Of a stretch of 64,000 bases of DNA, positions 17,098 through 27,063 are shown piece by piece. Both the position numbers and the translations under genes were made by a program. The stretch's first letter is position 1, and each line of letters starts with the position of its first letter. The stretch comes from Candidatus Omnitrophota bacterium (GTDB lineage: Bacteria > Omnitrophota > Gorgyraeia > Zapsychrales > Zapsychraceae). The notes beneath the pieces were generated by a model, which saw only the letters and a program-made list of their open reading frames with translations, was not told the DNA's origin and made no database searches. The stretch covers positions 195,084 through 259,083 of the forward strand of contig JADFYJ010000001.1 in the NCBI GenBank assembly GCA_015233115.1. The letters are read 5' to 3'.

Positions 17098-20000
17098 ATG
17101 AACTTTACTGATATTTTCATCAAACGACCCGTCCTGGCAACTGTGTTAAGTTTATTTATTCTAGTTTTAGGTATCCGCTCGGTTAGTTTACTGGGAGTGC
17201 GTGAATATCCTAAAACTCAAAACGCGGTGGTCAGCGTAACTACGGTTTATACCGGTGCGGACCCTGCTTTAGTATCAGGCTTTATTACAACGCCCCTTGA
17301 AAATTCTATTGCTCAAGCAGATGGGATTGATTATTTAACCTCATCCAGCTCGTCAAATGTCAGTTTAATTAAAGCCAACCTTCGCTTAAATTATGATTCC
17401 AACAAAGCTTTGACCGAGATCAACACCAAAGTCAACGCTGTATTAAATCAATTACCTAAAGATGCGCAACAGCCCACAATAACTGTAGAGATTGGTGAAA
17501 CTGTTGATTCCATGTACATTGGATTTTATAGCAAAGATTTGCCAACAAATAAACTTTCCGACTATTTAATCCGTGTCGTACAACCCAAACTACAAACTGT
17601 TCCTGGGGTACAAACAGCGGAGATTTTGGGCAAACGGCAATTTGCCATGCGGGCATGGCTTGACCCAGTCAAAATGGCTGGGCATCAAGTAACGGCACTC
17701 GATATCAGTAATGCGCTCGCTGCCAATGATTTTATTTCTGCGGTCGGCAGTACAAAAGGACAAATGGTTAGTGTTGATTTGATAGCGTCAACCGGACTTC
17801 ACACCATTGATGAATTTAAAAATTTAGTTATTAAAAATGTAAATGGTGCTATTGTTCGTTTAAATGATGTTAGTAAAGTGACATTAGGATCTGATAACTA
17901 TGATATTTCAGTGTCATTTGATGGAGTTAATGCGGTTTTTATTGGTATTAAAGTTGCCCCGACCGCCAATTTATTAACGGTTATTGATGAGGTGCGTAAA
18001 ACTTTTCCTACGATTCAGGCTCAGCTTCCATCAGGATTAGAAGGACGTATTGTTTATGACGCGACCAAATATATAAACAGCTCAATCCATGAAGTGATTA
18101 AAACACTGGTAGAATCACTTTTGATTGTAACCTTGGTGATCTTTCTATTTTTAGGTTCTTTTCGATCAGTTCTTATTCCAGTCATTGCAATGCCACTATC
18201 CTTGATTGGTACTTTTTTTATGATGCTGATTCTTGGATATACGATCAATTTGCTGACCCTTTTAGCCCTGGTGCTTTCAATCGGCTTAGTCGTTGATGAT
18301 GCCATTATTATTGTTGAAAATATCCACCGGCATATTGAAGAAGGATTGCCGCCTTTAAAAGCCGCGTTAAAAGGTGCGGCAGAGTTGGCAGGACCGATCA
18401 TCGCTATCTCTGTCGTTCTGGTCGCTGTTTACATCCCCATTGGATTTATGGGAGGGCTGACTGGGGCACTTTTTACGGAATTCGCGTATACACTCGCAGG
18501 AGCCGTGGCCATTTCCGCACTTATTGCTTTGACCTTGTCCCCAATGATGTGCTCAATATTTTTAAAGTCTCACGATAAAAACGCACGGCATTCATTCATT
18601 GATTTTGTGGATGAACAATTTAATCAACTACGGAATATATATGAAAAATTTTTGCAAGACGTTTTAAATTATTTACCCGTGATTGCCATATTCGCTATTA
18701 TTATTTTGTTTAGCAATTATTTTTTGTATACCAGTGCTAAAAAAGAACTCGCACCTCAAGAAGATCAAGGTTTCCTGTTAGCTTTTCATACTGGTGCTCC
18801 AACAGCGTCTCTAGACCAAACGCTTTTATTTTCAAAACAAATTCATGATACATTAGCGGCTATTCCTGAAATGGATCATATTTTTCAGTTCGAAGGCATT
18901 TACGGACTCAATTCAGGTATTGCCGGAATGGTTTTAAAACCATGGGAAGAACGCAAACGGCATTCGGACATTATTCAACAAGAAACACAAATGAAATTGG
19001 GCCATATTGCCGGTGTCAACGCGGTAGTATTTCCCCCGCCTCCGCTTCCCGGTGGAGGGGAAGGGCTTCCTCTTCAATTTGTCATTGGAACCACAGATTC
19101 AGCGCAACAACTAGACAAAGTCGCCCAAACTTTTATTCAAAAAGCCTATATGAGCGGTCAGTTTGTTTATCTCGATTCTGATCTTAAAATCGATAAACCA
19201 CAAACAGAAATTCAAATTGACCGGGACAAAGCGGCTCAGCTCGGGTTATCCATGCGTGATATCGGCGGATCTTTAGGTTATATGCTAGGTGGAGGTTATA
19301 TTAATTATTTTAGCCTAGCCGGGCGTTCTTACAAAGTTATTCCCCAGGTTATGCAAAGCGAACGTCTTAACGCTGCGCAGTTAAGAGATTATTATATTAA
19401 TACCCCGCAGGGTGCTTTAATTTCTTTATCAACAATTGCAAAATTAAAAAATACGGTTGTACCTGAAACAATTAATCATTTTCAACAATTAAATTCCGCG
19501 ACTATTTCTGGCGTGCCTAATCCAAATTTCACTTTGGGACAAGCTTTGGAAAAAATGCAATCTCTGGCTAAAGAAGTTTTACCGCAAGGGTATAGCATTG
19601 ATTATGCCGGTCAATCCCGTCAATATGTTAAAGAATCAAGCGCGCTCTTGATAACTTTCTTTTTTGCCTTGATTATTATTTTCCTAGCACTAGCAGGATT
19701 ATTTGAGAGTTTTCGCGATCCATTAATTGTTCTTATTAGCGTGCCTATGTCTATTTGCGGAGCGATGATCTTTATTAGTCTAGGCATAGGAGGGGCGAGC
19801 TTAAATATTTTCACCCAAGTAGGCCTGGTGACGTTAATCGGTTTAATTAGTAAACATGGTATCTTAATTGTACAATTTGCCAATGATCTCCAACGAGAAG
19901 GTAAATCTAAATTTAATGCTATCCTTATGGCGAGCGGTATTCGATTAAGACCAATTTTAATGACCACGGCAGCTATGGTGTTGGGAGTTGTTCCGCTTGT

Positions 20001-20142
20001 GTTCGCCTCAGGTGCTGGCGCAGCTGGCCGTTTTAATATGGGTTTAGTCATTATGTCAGGAATCGCGATTGGCACACTATTCACACTTTTTGTAGTTCCT
20101 GCTATGTACATGCTATTAGCGGCAGATCATACCAAAAAATAA
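17098..20142 (+). CDS. RND efflux permease, AcrB/HAE1-type.
   Basis: 1014 aa with 12 TM helices and two large periplasmic loops. Conserved VVDDAIIIVENI motif. Confidence 0.9.
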   Translation: MNFTDIFIKRPVLATVLSLFILVLGIRSVSLLGVREYPKTQNAVVSVTTVYTGADPALVSGFITTPLENSIAQADGIDYLTSSSSSNVSLIKANLRLNYDSNKALTEINTKVNAVLNQLPKDAQQPTITVEIGETVDSMYIGFYSKDLPTNKLSDYLIRVVQPKLQTVPGVQTAEILGKRQFAMRAWLDPVKMAGHQVTALDISNALAANDFISAVGSTKGQMVSVDLIASTGLHTIDEFKNLVIKNVNGAIVRLNDVSKVTLGSDNYDISVSFDGVNAVFIGIKVAPTANLLTVIDEVRKTFPTIQAQLPSGLEGRIVYDATKYINSSIHEVIKTLVESLLIVTLVIFLFLGSFRSVLIPVIAMPLSLIGTFFMMLILGYTINLLTLLALVLSIGLVVDDAIIIVENIHRHIEEGLPPLKAALKGAAELAGPIIAISVVLVAVYIPIGFMGGLTGALFTEFAYTLAGAVAISALIALTLSPMMCSIFLKSHDKNARHSFIDFVDEQFNQLRNIYEKFLQDVLNYLPVIAIFAIIILFSNYFLYTSAKKELAPQEDQGFLLAFHTGAPTASLDQTLLFSKQIHDTLAAIPEMDHIFQFEGIYGLNSGIAGMVLKPWEERKRHSDIIQQETQMKLGHIAGVNAVVFPPPPLPGGGEGLPLQFVIGTTDSAQQLDKVAQTFIQKAYMSGQFVYLDSDLKIDKPQTEIQIDRDKAAQLGLSMRDIGGSLGYMLGGGYINYFSLAGRSYKVIPQVMQSERLNAAQLRDYYINTPQGALISLSTIAKLKNTVVPETINHFQQLNSATISGVPNPNFTLGQALEKMQSLAKEVLPQGYSIDYAGQSRQYVKESSALLITFFFALIIIFLALAGLFESFRDPLIVLISVPMSICGAMIFISLGIGGASLNIFTQVGLVTLIGLISKHGILIVQFANDLQREGKSKFNAILMASGIRLRPILMTTAAMVLGVVPLVFASGAGAAGRFNMGLVIMSGIAIGTLFTLFVVPAMYMLLAADHTKK

Positions 20143-20293
20143 AAACCGCAATCAACAACATTAATATTTCTTAATTTTAAGTTAATGTTTACTTAATTCT
20201 GTTTATATAAACTAAATTACTGTTAAATAAACCAAAATTTTGTTATATTTTATTTATAATACAAACGTAAACTTTTAACCATGAGGAGGCAGT

Positions 20294-20737
20294 ATGAAGG
20301 GTTCAAAATTATTTTTAACCAGTTTATTAATTTCTTGCTCCGTATTAGTATTAGCTTATACGCAAAAAGCTCAAGCGCAGACACCATCACCGGAACAATC
20401 TGGAACAGGCACCACAGCCCCTGCGGTACCTGTGGCTCCGGATCTAAAAGGTGATATTAAAAATGAAGCAAAAGAAATTCAAGGTGATAAAGCTAAAATA
20501 GTTGAAGAAAGCGAAGCTATTAAAGCTGACCGCCTAGCTTTAAAAGATGCTAAAGCAACGGGTGATAAAGAACAAATTAAAAGGGCCAGCGCTCAGCTAA
20601 GAAAAGATCAACGTAAAGAACGCGCGGCTAAAGGTGAGTTAAGCACAGATAAAAAGAATCACCACAAAGAGGGAAAATATCCTCGCAAACATAAAAAAGC
20701 TGCTGCGCAGATAACAACAGATCAAGCCGCGAAATAG
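20294..20737 (+). CDS. Small exported Lys/Glu-rich protein.
   Basis: GAGGAGG RBS. Signal peptide ending AQAQ. Highly charged helical remainder. Confidence 0.5.
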   Translation: MKGSKLFLTSLLISCSVLVLAYTQKAQAQTPSPEQSGTGTTAPAVPVAPDLKGDIKNEAKEIQGDKAKIVEESEAIKADRLALKDAKATGDKEQIKRASAQLRKDQRKERAAKGELSTDKKNHHKEGKYPRKHKKAAAQITTDQAAK

Positions 20738-20756
20738 TCACCTTATTCATTCTAAA

Positions 20757-20795
20757 AAAGCCTGTCTTTCGAAAGGGAGGCAGGCTTCTTTCATT
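20757..20795 (+). terminator. Probable intrinsic terminator: imperfect GC hairpin followed by a T-rich tract.
   Basis: AGCCTGTCTTTCGAAAGGGAGGCAGGCT followed by TCTTTCATT. Confidence 0.35.
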
Positions 20796-20832
20796 AATTT
20801 TTTAAAATATTTCTAATTTAAATTCTCTCAAT

Positions 20833-21726
20833 TTGATATTTATGCCTGCAATAATTAATCTAAATCCTAAATATATATTTGCCACAAAAAAATATACTGA
20901 GAGATCTAAGTTTACGGAACTTTCTTGGGAAGGAACCAAGCCGACTGCTTGTATTTTAATTCACGGCATGACCGGCACCCCGCATGAAATGAAGTTTCTT
21001 GGGAATTTTTTAAGTAAAAAAGGCTATCCTGTCATCTGCCCGCGTTTAAAAAATCATGGAGCTCCGATTTCTGTTTTAAAATATACCAAATGGCAAGAAT
21101 TTTATCAATCTGCCCGGGAAGCGGTCCGACAAGCTCAAAAAAAATATCAGTCCATTTTTGTAGGCGGCTTATCAATGGGCGCGTTATTGGCACTGCTTTT
21201 GGCGGATGAATTTCCTAATTTTATTTCTGGGATTACCTGCCTTTCACCAACTTTATTTTACGATGGATGGAACACGCCAAAATCAAAATTTTTATTACCT
21301 TTAGCTTATGTGACGCCCTTAAAATATATAAGTTATTTCAAAGAAGACCCGCCTTATGGTATTAAAAATGAAGCGATCCGTAAAATTGTTCACCGCTATT
21401 ATAGTCGTGCTAAATTAAGTGATCTTTCCGGTGTAGAACAATATGGGTATCCATTTTTTCCGGTGACTTTGTTAGAACAATTGCAACTATTGGTAAAACA
21501 TTTAATTCCAAAATTAAAAAACATCACAATGCCGATTCAATTAATTCAAGCGGAACAAGATGACATGACCAGCGTCAAAAACTCGCAATTTATTTATGAC
21601 CGGGTTGGCTCATCTATAAAAGAAATGGTGCTGTTAAAAAATTCCTATCATGTGATTACTGCTGATCAAGAGCGTGATACTGTCGGGGAAAATATGGAAC
21701 AATTTTTTACCCGCATTTCGAGGTGA
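20833..21726 (+). CDS. Alpha/beta-hydrolase fold esterase/lipase.
   Basis: Nucleophile elbow GGLSMGA (GxSxG); HGMTG oxyanion region; about 300 aa. Confidence 0.7.
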   Translation: MIFMPAIINLNPKYIFATKKYTERSKFTELSWEGTKPTACILIHGMTGTPHEMKFLGNFLSKKGYPVICPRLKNHGAPISVLKYTKWQEFYQSAREAVRQAQKKYQSIFVGGLSMGALLALLLADEFPNFISGITCLSPTLFYDGWNTPKSKFLLPLAYVTPLKYISYFKEDPPYGIKNEAIRKIVHRYYSRAKLSDLSGVEQYGYPFFPVTLLEQLQLLVKHLIPKLKNITMPIQLIQAEQDDMTSVKNSQFIYDRVGSSIKEMVLLKNSYHVITADQERDTVGENMEQFFTRISR

Positions 21727-22391
21727 GTTTGAAAAATATAAAGCCCAAATATAAAGTTTATTTTGATTTTGATAATACCATTACCTCCTATGATATTTTA
21801 GATGAGGTCATTAAGCGGTTTGCTATCAATTCTGAATGGAAAATTTGGGAAAAAAAATGGGCTGAAGGAAAAATCGGTTCTAAAGAATGTCTCACCCAAC
21901 AATTAAAATCATTGCGGGCTAGCCGGATGGACCTTATGGCTTATTTACATACCATAAAAGTTGATCCATACTTTAAAAAAATTTTAATTTGGCTAAAAGA
22001 TAAACGAATACCATATACCATTGTCAGCGACAGTTTTGCGTTATTGATTAAAACGATATTAAGCAATAACGAAATTCAGGATGTGAAAATCATTTGTAAT
22101 GGTTTGAAAATTGTTGAGGATCGATTCATTCCTGTATTCCCGCATGTCCATCAATGCCGGAATAAGTGCGGAAATTGTAAAAAAAGCCATCTTTTGCTTG
22201 ATCATCCCGCTCGTCACCAACGGATCTATATCGGTGACGGCCGTTCAGACATTTGCCCGGCTGAAAACGCGGATATTGTTTTTGCCAAAGGGACTTTACG
22301 TAACCATTTTAGTAAAAAAAGAAAAACTCACATTCCATTTGATAATCTGGGTGAGGTGTATCGACACTTAAAGGAGGCTAAACTTGAATAA
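21723..22391 (+). CDS. HAD-superfamily phosphatase, MtnX-like subfamily.
   Basis: Motif I DFDNTIT, a Cys-rich insert (CRNKCGNCKKSH) and GDGRSD motif IV, as in 2-hydroxy-3-keto-5-methylthiopentenyl-1-phosphate phosphatase-like proteins. Confidence 0.6.
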   Translation: MSLKNIKPKYKVYFDFDNTITSYDILDEVIKRFAINSEWKIWEKKWAEGKIGSKECLTQQLKSLRASRMDLMAYLHTIKVDPYFKKILIWLKDKRIPYTIVSDSFALLIKTILSNNEIQDVKIICNGLKIVEDRFIPVFPHVHQCRNKCGNCKKSHLLLDHPARHQRIYIGDGRSDICPAENADIVFAKGTLRNHFSKKRKTHIPFDNLGEVYRHLKEAKLE

Positions 22392-23799
22392 CAAAAATGC
22401 AGCCACTATCAACACCAATGCTTCATTAAATCGTGAAGAGCTTTTAGCTTTAGAAGCCACGTATTGTTCGTGGGGGGATACAGTTCATTATGCCAAAAAT
22501 CCTAATATTTTTAAACGAAGTGAAGGGATCTTTCTTTATGACGATGAAGATACGGAATTTCTTGATCTGCAAATGTGGTATTCCGCGGGAAATTTTGGCT
22601 ATAAAAATCAACGGATCAATGATTCTCTTAAACGTCAAATTGATACCTTGCCACAATTAGCCTGCCAGTATTTGCATAAAGAAAAAATTCTATTAGCTGC
22701 CAATTTATCCCGACGGATGGAGCGGACTTGGGAAACTAAAGGTCGCGTTCATTTTAACGTGGGCGGTTCCGCGGCGATTGAAGACTCCATGAAAGTCATT
22801 CGTAATCATACCGGAAAAAATTTGGTTTTCGCTTTTATGGGAGGATACCACGGACGCACGCTTGGCGCCACATCCATTACCTCAAGTTACCGCTACCGTG
22901 AACGCTATGGCCATTTTTCCGACCGGGCCGTATTTATCCCTTACCCTTATTGTTTCCGTTGCCCTTATGATAAAAAACGCGATCATTGCGATATGCATTG
23001 TTTAAAGCAATTTGACCGCCTGTTTGAAACAGAATACCACACGGTTTGTAACCCCAAAACCCGCAATTGTGAATGTGCCGCTTTTTATGTAGAAGCCATT
23101 CAAGGCACGGGAGGATATATTATACCGCCGCGTGATTATTTTGTAGGCCTAAAAGAAATTCTTGACCGAAACAATGTCATGATGGTCGATGATGAAATAC
23201 AAATGGGATTTTTTAGGACTGGAAAATTTTGGGCCATCGAACATTTCAATGTTATTCCTGACGTGGTGGTTTTTGGTAAAGCCATGACCAACGGGCTGAA
23301 TCCATTATCCGGAATATGGGCAAAAGAAAAATTAATTTCACCGGCTGTTTTTCCGGCCGGATCAACCCACGCCACTTTTTCCTCAAATTCATTGGGAACA
23401 ACAGTGGGCTTAGAGGTCATGAAACTTATAGAAGAATCAGATTTCGCTACCCAAATTCCCAAAAAAGGTGAATATTTTATATCCCGTTTTAAACAATTAC
23501 AAAAACGTTATCCTCAGATCGGCAATGTGGATGGTTTAGGTTTAGCGTTAAGTATAGAAATGTGCCAAAAAGACGGCTACACGCCCAACCGTGAATTAAC
23601 GGACGCCATGATGAATATAGGACTCAGTGGCCAATTAACAGCCGGAGGCAAGAAGCGCGGTCTTATTCTTGATGTGGGAGGCTATTACAAAAATATTTTT
23701 ACACTAGCGCCATCATTTTATATTGAGGAACGTGAGATTGATTTAGCCATTGAGCTTTTTGAAGAAACATTGAAAAAAGGCATTCAGGAAACGGCTTAA
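22384..23799 (+). CDS. PLP-dependent class III aminotransferase.
   Basis: VDDEIQMGFFRTGKFWA...VVFGKAMTNG carries the PLP-lysine motif of the class III fold. Long N-terminal extension. Confidence 0.8.
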   Translation: MNNKNAATINTNASLNREELLALEATYCSWGDTVHYAKNPNIFKRSEGIFLYDDEDTEFLDLQMWYSAGNFGYKNQRINDSLKRQIDTLPQLACQYLHKEKILLAANLSRRMERTWETKGRVHFNVGGSAAIEDSMKVIRNHTGKNLVFAFMGGYHGRTLGATSITSSYRYRERYGHFSDRAVFIPYPYCFRCPYDKKRDHCDMHCLKQFDRLFETEYHTVCNPKTRNCECAAFYVEAIQGTGGYIIPPRDYFVGLKEILDRNNVMMVDDEIQMGFFRTGKFWAIEHFNVIPDVVVFGKAMTNGLNPLSGIWAKEKLISPAVFPAGSTHATFSSNSLGTTVGLEVMKLIEESDFATQIPKKGEYFISRFKQLQKRYPQIGNVDGLGLALSIEMCQKDGYTPNRELTDAMMNIGLSGQLTAGGKKRGLILDVGGYYKNIFTLAPSFYIEEREIDLAIELFEETLKKGIQETA

Positions 23800-23806
23800 A
23801 GGGATT

Positions 23807-24955
23807 ATGCAAGGATCCCCTTTAACAGCTTCCATTTATCGTTCCGTTGATGAAATTTCCGTCGACGCATGGGGCAGAATTTTTCCTTCGGTCGCGGAAA
23901 ATTACTTTTTTTACAAAGTAATCGAAAAAACTTTTCCGAAAGAATATAAATTTTATTATCTGGCAATCTATCAAGATAATAACATCGTTTGTCTAGTTCC
24001 CGCTTTTGTCACTGAATTTGCGCTTGATACCACAATAAAGGGGCCTTTAAAGTATTTTACCCAAAAAATCCGCAAAATTTTTCCACATCTATTCACTATT
24101 AAAGTTTTTATCTGCGGCAATCCTTTATCCGCAGGGAAAATGGGCGTAGTCCAACACAATCAGTCTCAAATTGCTCACATGTTAGAGCAAACGATAACGG
24201 CGATATCTCAACAGGAGAAAATTAATATTTGCGCCTTTAAAGACTTTCATCAGACATATACCTCATTTTTAGATCATCTGCTAGCCAGCCGATTTCATAA
24301 AATACCTAGTTTTCCTTCTGTAGAACTTAAAATTAACTTTAAATCTTTTGATGAATATCTTTCAACCCTTAGTAAATCGACTCGCAAAAGCCTTAAAAAA
24401 AAATTCAAAGAAATCGATGATCAGAAGGTTCTAAAAGTTGAAGTGGCGAATAACCTGGGAGATCTACTCGATGAGGCTTACATCCTTTACTTAAACACTC
24501 TTAAAAAAAGTGAAATTCAATTTGAGATTCTCCCGAAATCATTTTTTAAAAATATTGCGGAAAACATGCCGAACGCGGCAAAATTTTTCCTTTGGAAGCT
24601 TAATGGCAAATTAGTGGCTTTTGATCTTTGTCTCCTGCACGACAATCACTTAGTCGATGAATATATTGGTTTGGACTATGATGTGGCGTATCAATACCAT
24701 CTCTATTTTGATTCGTACCGCGTCATTATAAAATGGTGCATTGATCAGGGCATCCTGAATTATGAAGCGGGGGCTTTAAACTATGAACCTAAAAAACGCC
24801 TGGATTTTACATTTAATTTGCAATATATCTATGTCAAACATCGAAACCCTATTATCAATATTTTCATTAAAATTTTAGGAATCATGCTTAAACCGGAAAA
24901 TTTTGATCCAATTTTAAGATCTATATATTTAGATTCCGCAAAGATCAAAAAATAA
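23807..24955 (+). CDS. FemAB/BioF2-like (GNAT-fold) acyl- or aminoacyl-transferase family protein.
   Basis: SFDEYLSTLSKSTRKSLKKKFKEI resembles the conserved central motif of Acetyltransf_6/FemAB-like proteins. About 380 aa. Confidence 0.5.
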   Translation: MQGSPLTASIYRSVDEISVDAWGRIFPSVAENYFFYKVIEKTFPKEYKFYYLAIYQDNNIVCLVPAFVTEFALDTTIKGPLKYFTQKIRKIFPHLFTIKVFICGNPLSAGKMGVVQHNQSQIAHMLEQTITAISQQEKINICAFKDFHQTYTSFLDHLLASRFHKIPSFPSVELKINFKSFDEYLSTLSKSTRKSLKKKFKEIDDQKVLKVEVANNLGDLLDEAYILYLNTLKKSEIQFEILPKSFFKNIAENMPNAAKFFLWKLNGKLVAFDLCLLHDNHLVDEYIGLDYDVAYQYHLYFDSYRVIIKWCIDQGILNYEAGALNYEPKKRLDFTFNLQYIYVKHRNPIINIFIKILGIMLKPENFDPILRSIYLDSAKIKK

Positions 24956-24990
24956 TTTCCTTCTACTAATCTATTTTTAGGCCACATTTT

Positions 24991-25881
24991 ATGCCCATAG
25001 TTAATAAATTGACCCGAATAATTTTTTGTATAATGAGCGTGATGTTTGTTTTAAATTTTTTTAATAACAAAGTATTTGCGGAAACTCAAAATTCACCAGA
25101 AAATACCGCTTTTGAATCAGACTCGACCGTTAAATATATGCCATCACAAAAACAAAAAAATGGGTCTGGAAAAATTACTATTATCGAAGCCAATTCCCAA
25201 CAAAGCTTTGAATTTAAAATTTTTCATAGCCTCCCAGTTATTTTTTCATTTGAAACAAAATATATCGGATTGAACCAAGCGACAGATTATCATTTCCCTG
25301 GATATTTGACGGCTGCGGGGTTTGACATAGAAACAACTGTGCCGGTGTTTAATTCTGATAAAACTTTCCTGCAACTGGGAGCCAACCCATCTTTTTATTC
25401 AGATACTTGGTCTTTTACGACTGATTCATTTCGGTTGCCACTGCGGGCCATATTAATCGATCGGCCTAATACCACACTTTTTCTTGTGTCCGGCATTGCT
25501 TTTTATCCTGATTTTGAAGAGAAAATTTATCCCCTCGTTGGTTTTATTTATAAGCCTAATGAAAAGTGGGTCTTTAATATAACATCTGAAAATCCAAATA
25601 TTATTTACTCATTAAATAAAAAAAATGAATTGTTCATTGAAGCGAACGCGTATCTGGATGAAGAATTTAATACGACCAAAGACAGTGTAAAAAATACAGT
25701 TTTGGAATTTAGGGAAATTTCCTTAGGAGGAGGACTCAGACATAAATTCAATTCTTGCGCGACCACTACTTTTTCTGTAGGTCAGGTGATTAACCGGGTC
25801 ATAAAATACAAAAATTCACCGGATGTTATCAGAATTAATAATGGCCTTTATGTGGAAATGAAATTTAATATCAAAATCTAA
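24991..25881 (+). CDS. Exported hypothetical protein, possibly outer-membrane associated.
   Basis: Signal peptide ending VFA. Beta-rich alternating pattern. No motif recognised. Confidence 0.45.
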   Translation: MPIVNKLTRIIFCIMSVMFVLNFFNNKVFAETQNSPENTAFESDSTVKYMPSQKQKNGSGKITIIEANSQQSFEFKIFHSLPVIFSFETKYIGLNQATDYHFPGYLTAAGFDIETTVPVFNSDKTFLQLGANPSFYSDTWSFTTDSFRLPLRAILIDRPNTTLFLVSGIAFYPDFEEKIYPLVGFIYKPNEKWVFNITSENPNIIYSLNKKNELFIEANAYLDEEFNTTKDSVKNTVLEFREISLGGGLRHKFNSCATTTFSVGQVINRVIKYKNSPDVIRINNGLYVEMKFNIKI

Positions 25882-25911
25882 TCGAAATTATTATCATCAA
25901 ATAGATGATTC

Positions 25912-26283
25912 TTAACGGGCCACTAAATACACGCCGCATAAAATTAAAATTGTTCCCGCCACCCGGGTCCAATGCATGCGTTCTTTCAAAAAAATGTAAG
26001 ACGCGAAAAGAATTAGCACAAATTGCATGCTATCAACACACACCGCGACGCTGAGTTCAATATTGGCCAAGACCACAAACCATACTGTCCAGGAGACGGC
26101 AATACATCCAAAACCCAGCCAAACGGCAGGTATTTTTAACGCGTTAAAAATAAACCAAATTAACTCACCAAAATTACTTAACTTATAATTCTCTAAATGA
26201 TCGGCTGATTTTTTAAAACAGATCTGTTCTGCCGTAGAAAAAACACCATGAATAATAATAAGGAAAAAAATCATTAATGTCAT
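25912..26283 (-). CDS. EamA-like single-domain (4-TM) DMT-superfamily transporter subunit.
   Basis: Four hydrophobic helices with a C-terminal GxxLIxxGVxLV-type motif. The start at 26283 abuts the stop of the upstream paralogue. Confidence 0.55.
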   Translation of the reverse strand: MTLMIFFLIIIHGVFSTAEQICFKKSADHLENYKLSNFGELIWFIFNALKIPAVWLGFGCIAVSWTVWFVVLANIELSVAVCVDSMQFVLILFASYIFLKERMHWTRVAGTILILCGVYLVAR

Positions 26284-26696
26284 AGCTTTTCTACCACCAT
26301 TCGAGTTGACTGAGAAATTAAGGTGACGCCAGCAATAATACAAAGGATACCTAGCCAGCGCGTAGAGGTAATATGTTCATGTAAAAATATCATAGATAAG
26401 AACGCCACAATAACATACGTCGCGCCGCCAACAGGAAAAGCAATGCTCAGATCTATGCGTGAAAGCACAGCCATCCAAATAACAAAATTTATGATATAAA
26501 ACAGAAAACCAATCCAAAAATTGGAGGCAGTCAATAAATGAGAAGCGAAGACCCAAATATTTTGCCAACTCACATGATGAATCTGAGTCGCCACAACACC
26601 TTTTTTAAAAAATAGTTCGCCAAACGATTCTGTAACGTCTGTCATTAAAACACTAAAATAAATTTTTAAAGTCAGATGATTTTTAAGTAGTTTCAT
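26280..26696 (-). CDS. EamA-like single-domain DMT transporter subunit, paired with 25912..26283.
   Basis: Same architecture as its partner, resembling ArnE/ArnF-type heterodimeric half-transporters. Confidence 0.55.
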   Translation of the reverse strand: MKLLKNHLTLKIYFSVLMTDVTESFGELFFKKGVVATQIHHVSWQNIWVFASHLLTASNFWIGFLFYIINFVIWMAVLSRIDLSIAFPVGGATYVIVAFLSMIFLHEHITSTRWLGILCIIAGVTLISQSTRMVVEKL

Positions 26697-26821
26697 ATGA
26701 AATCCTTTTAAATAAAAGTGTAATTAAACGAAATAATATCATATAATAAATAAATAAAGTTTTTTATTTTTATATTATATCTCGAACAAATTTGCATTCT
26801 ATCAGACAAAGGAGACACGAT

Positions 26822-27046
26822 ATGAACAAAAATAATATTTTACGAAGTATCAATCTCATTTTAGTTTTTTCATTTTTGATTCAAGGTTTGACTATTGTTT
26901 TCATGCTGTTTGATATGAAATTTCTGAATCCCAAATTAGTGTTCGCCTGGCACAAATATAATGGCTTAGTGTTGATTGCTCTGATCCTGCTTCATGTGAC
27001 ATTAAATTTTAGTTGGATCAAAACCAATTATTTTAAACGAACTTGA
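26822..27046 (+). CDS. Small 2-TM membrane protein.
   Basis: AAAGGAGA RBS. Two hydrophobic helices. No family assignable. Confidence 0.35.
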   Translation: MNKNNILRSINLILVFSFLIQGLTIVFMLFDMKFLNPKLVFAWHKYNGLVLIALILLHVTLNFSWIKTNYFKRT

Positions 27047-27063
27047 ACCATTTAGGACCACCC

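Noticed and set aside
22111-22371. 86-aa + strand ORF inside the HAD phosphatase gene.
   Set aside because: Alternate frame of a well-supported gene, with no RBS.
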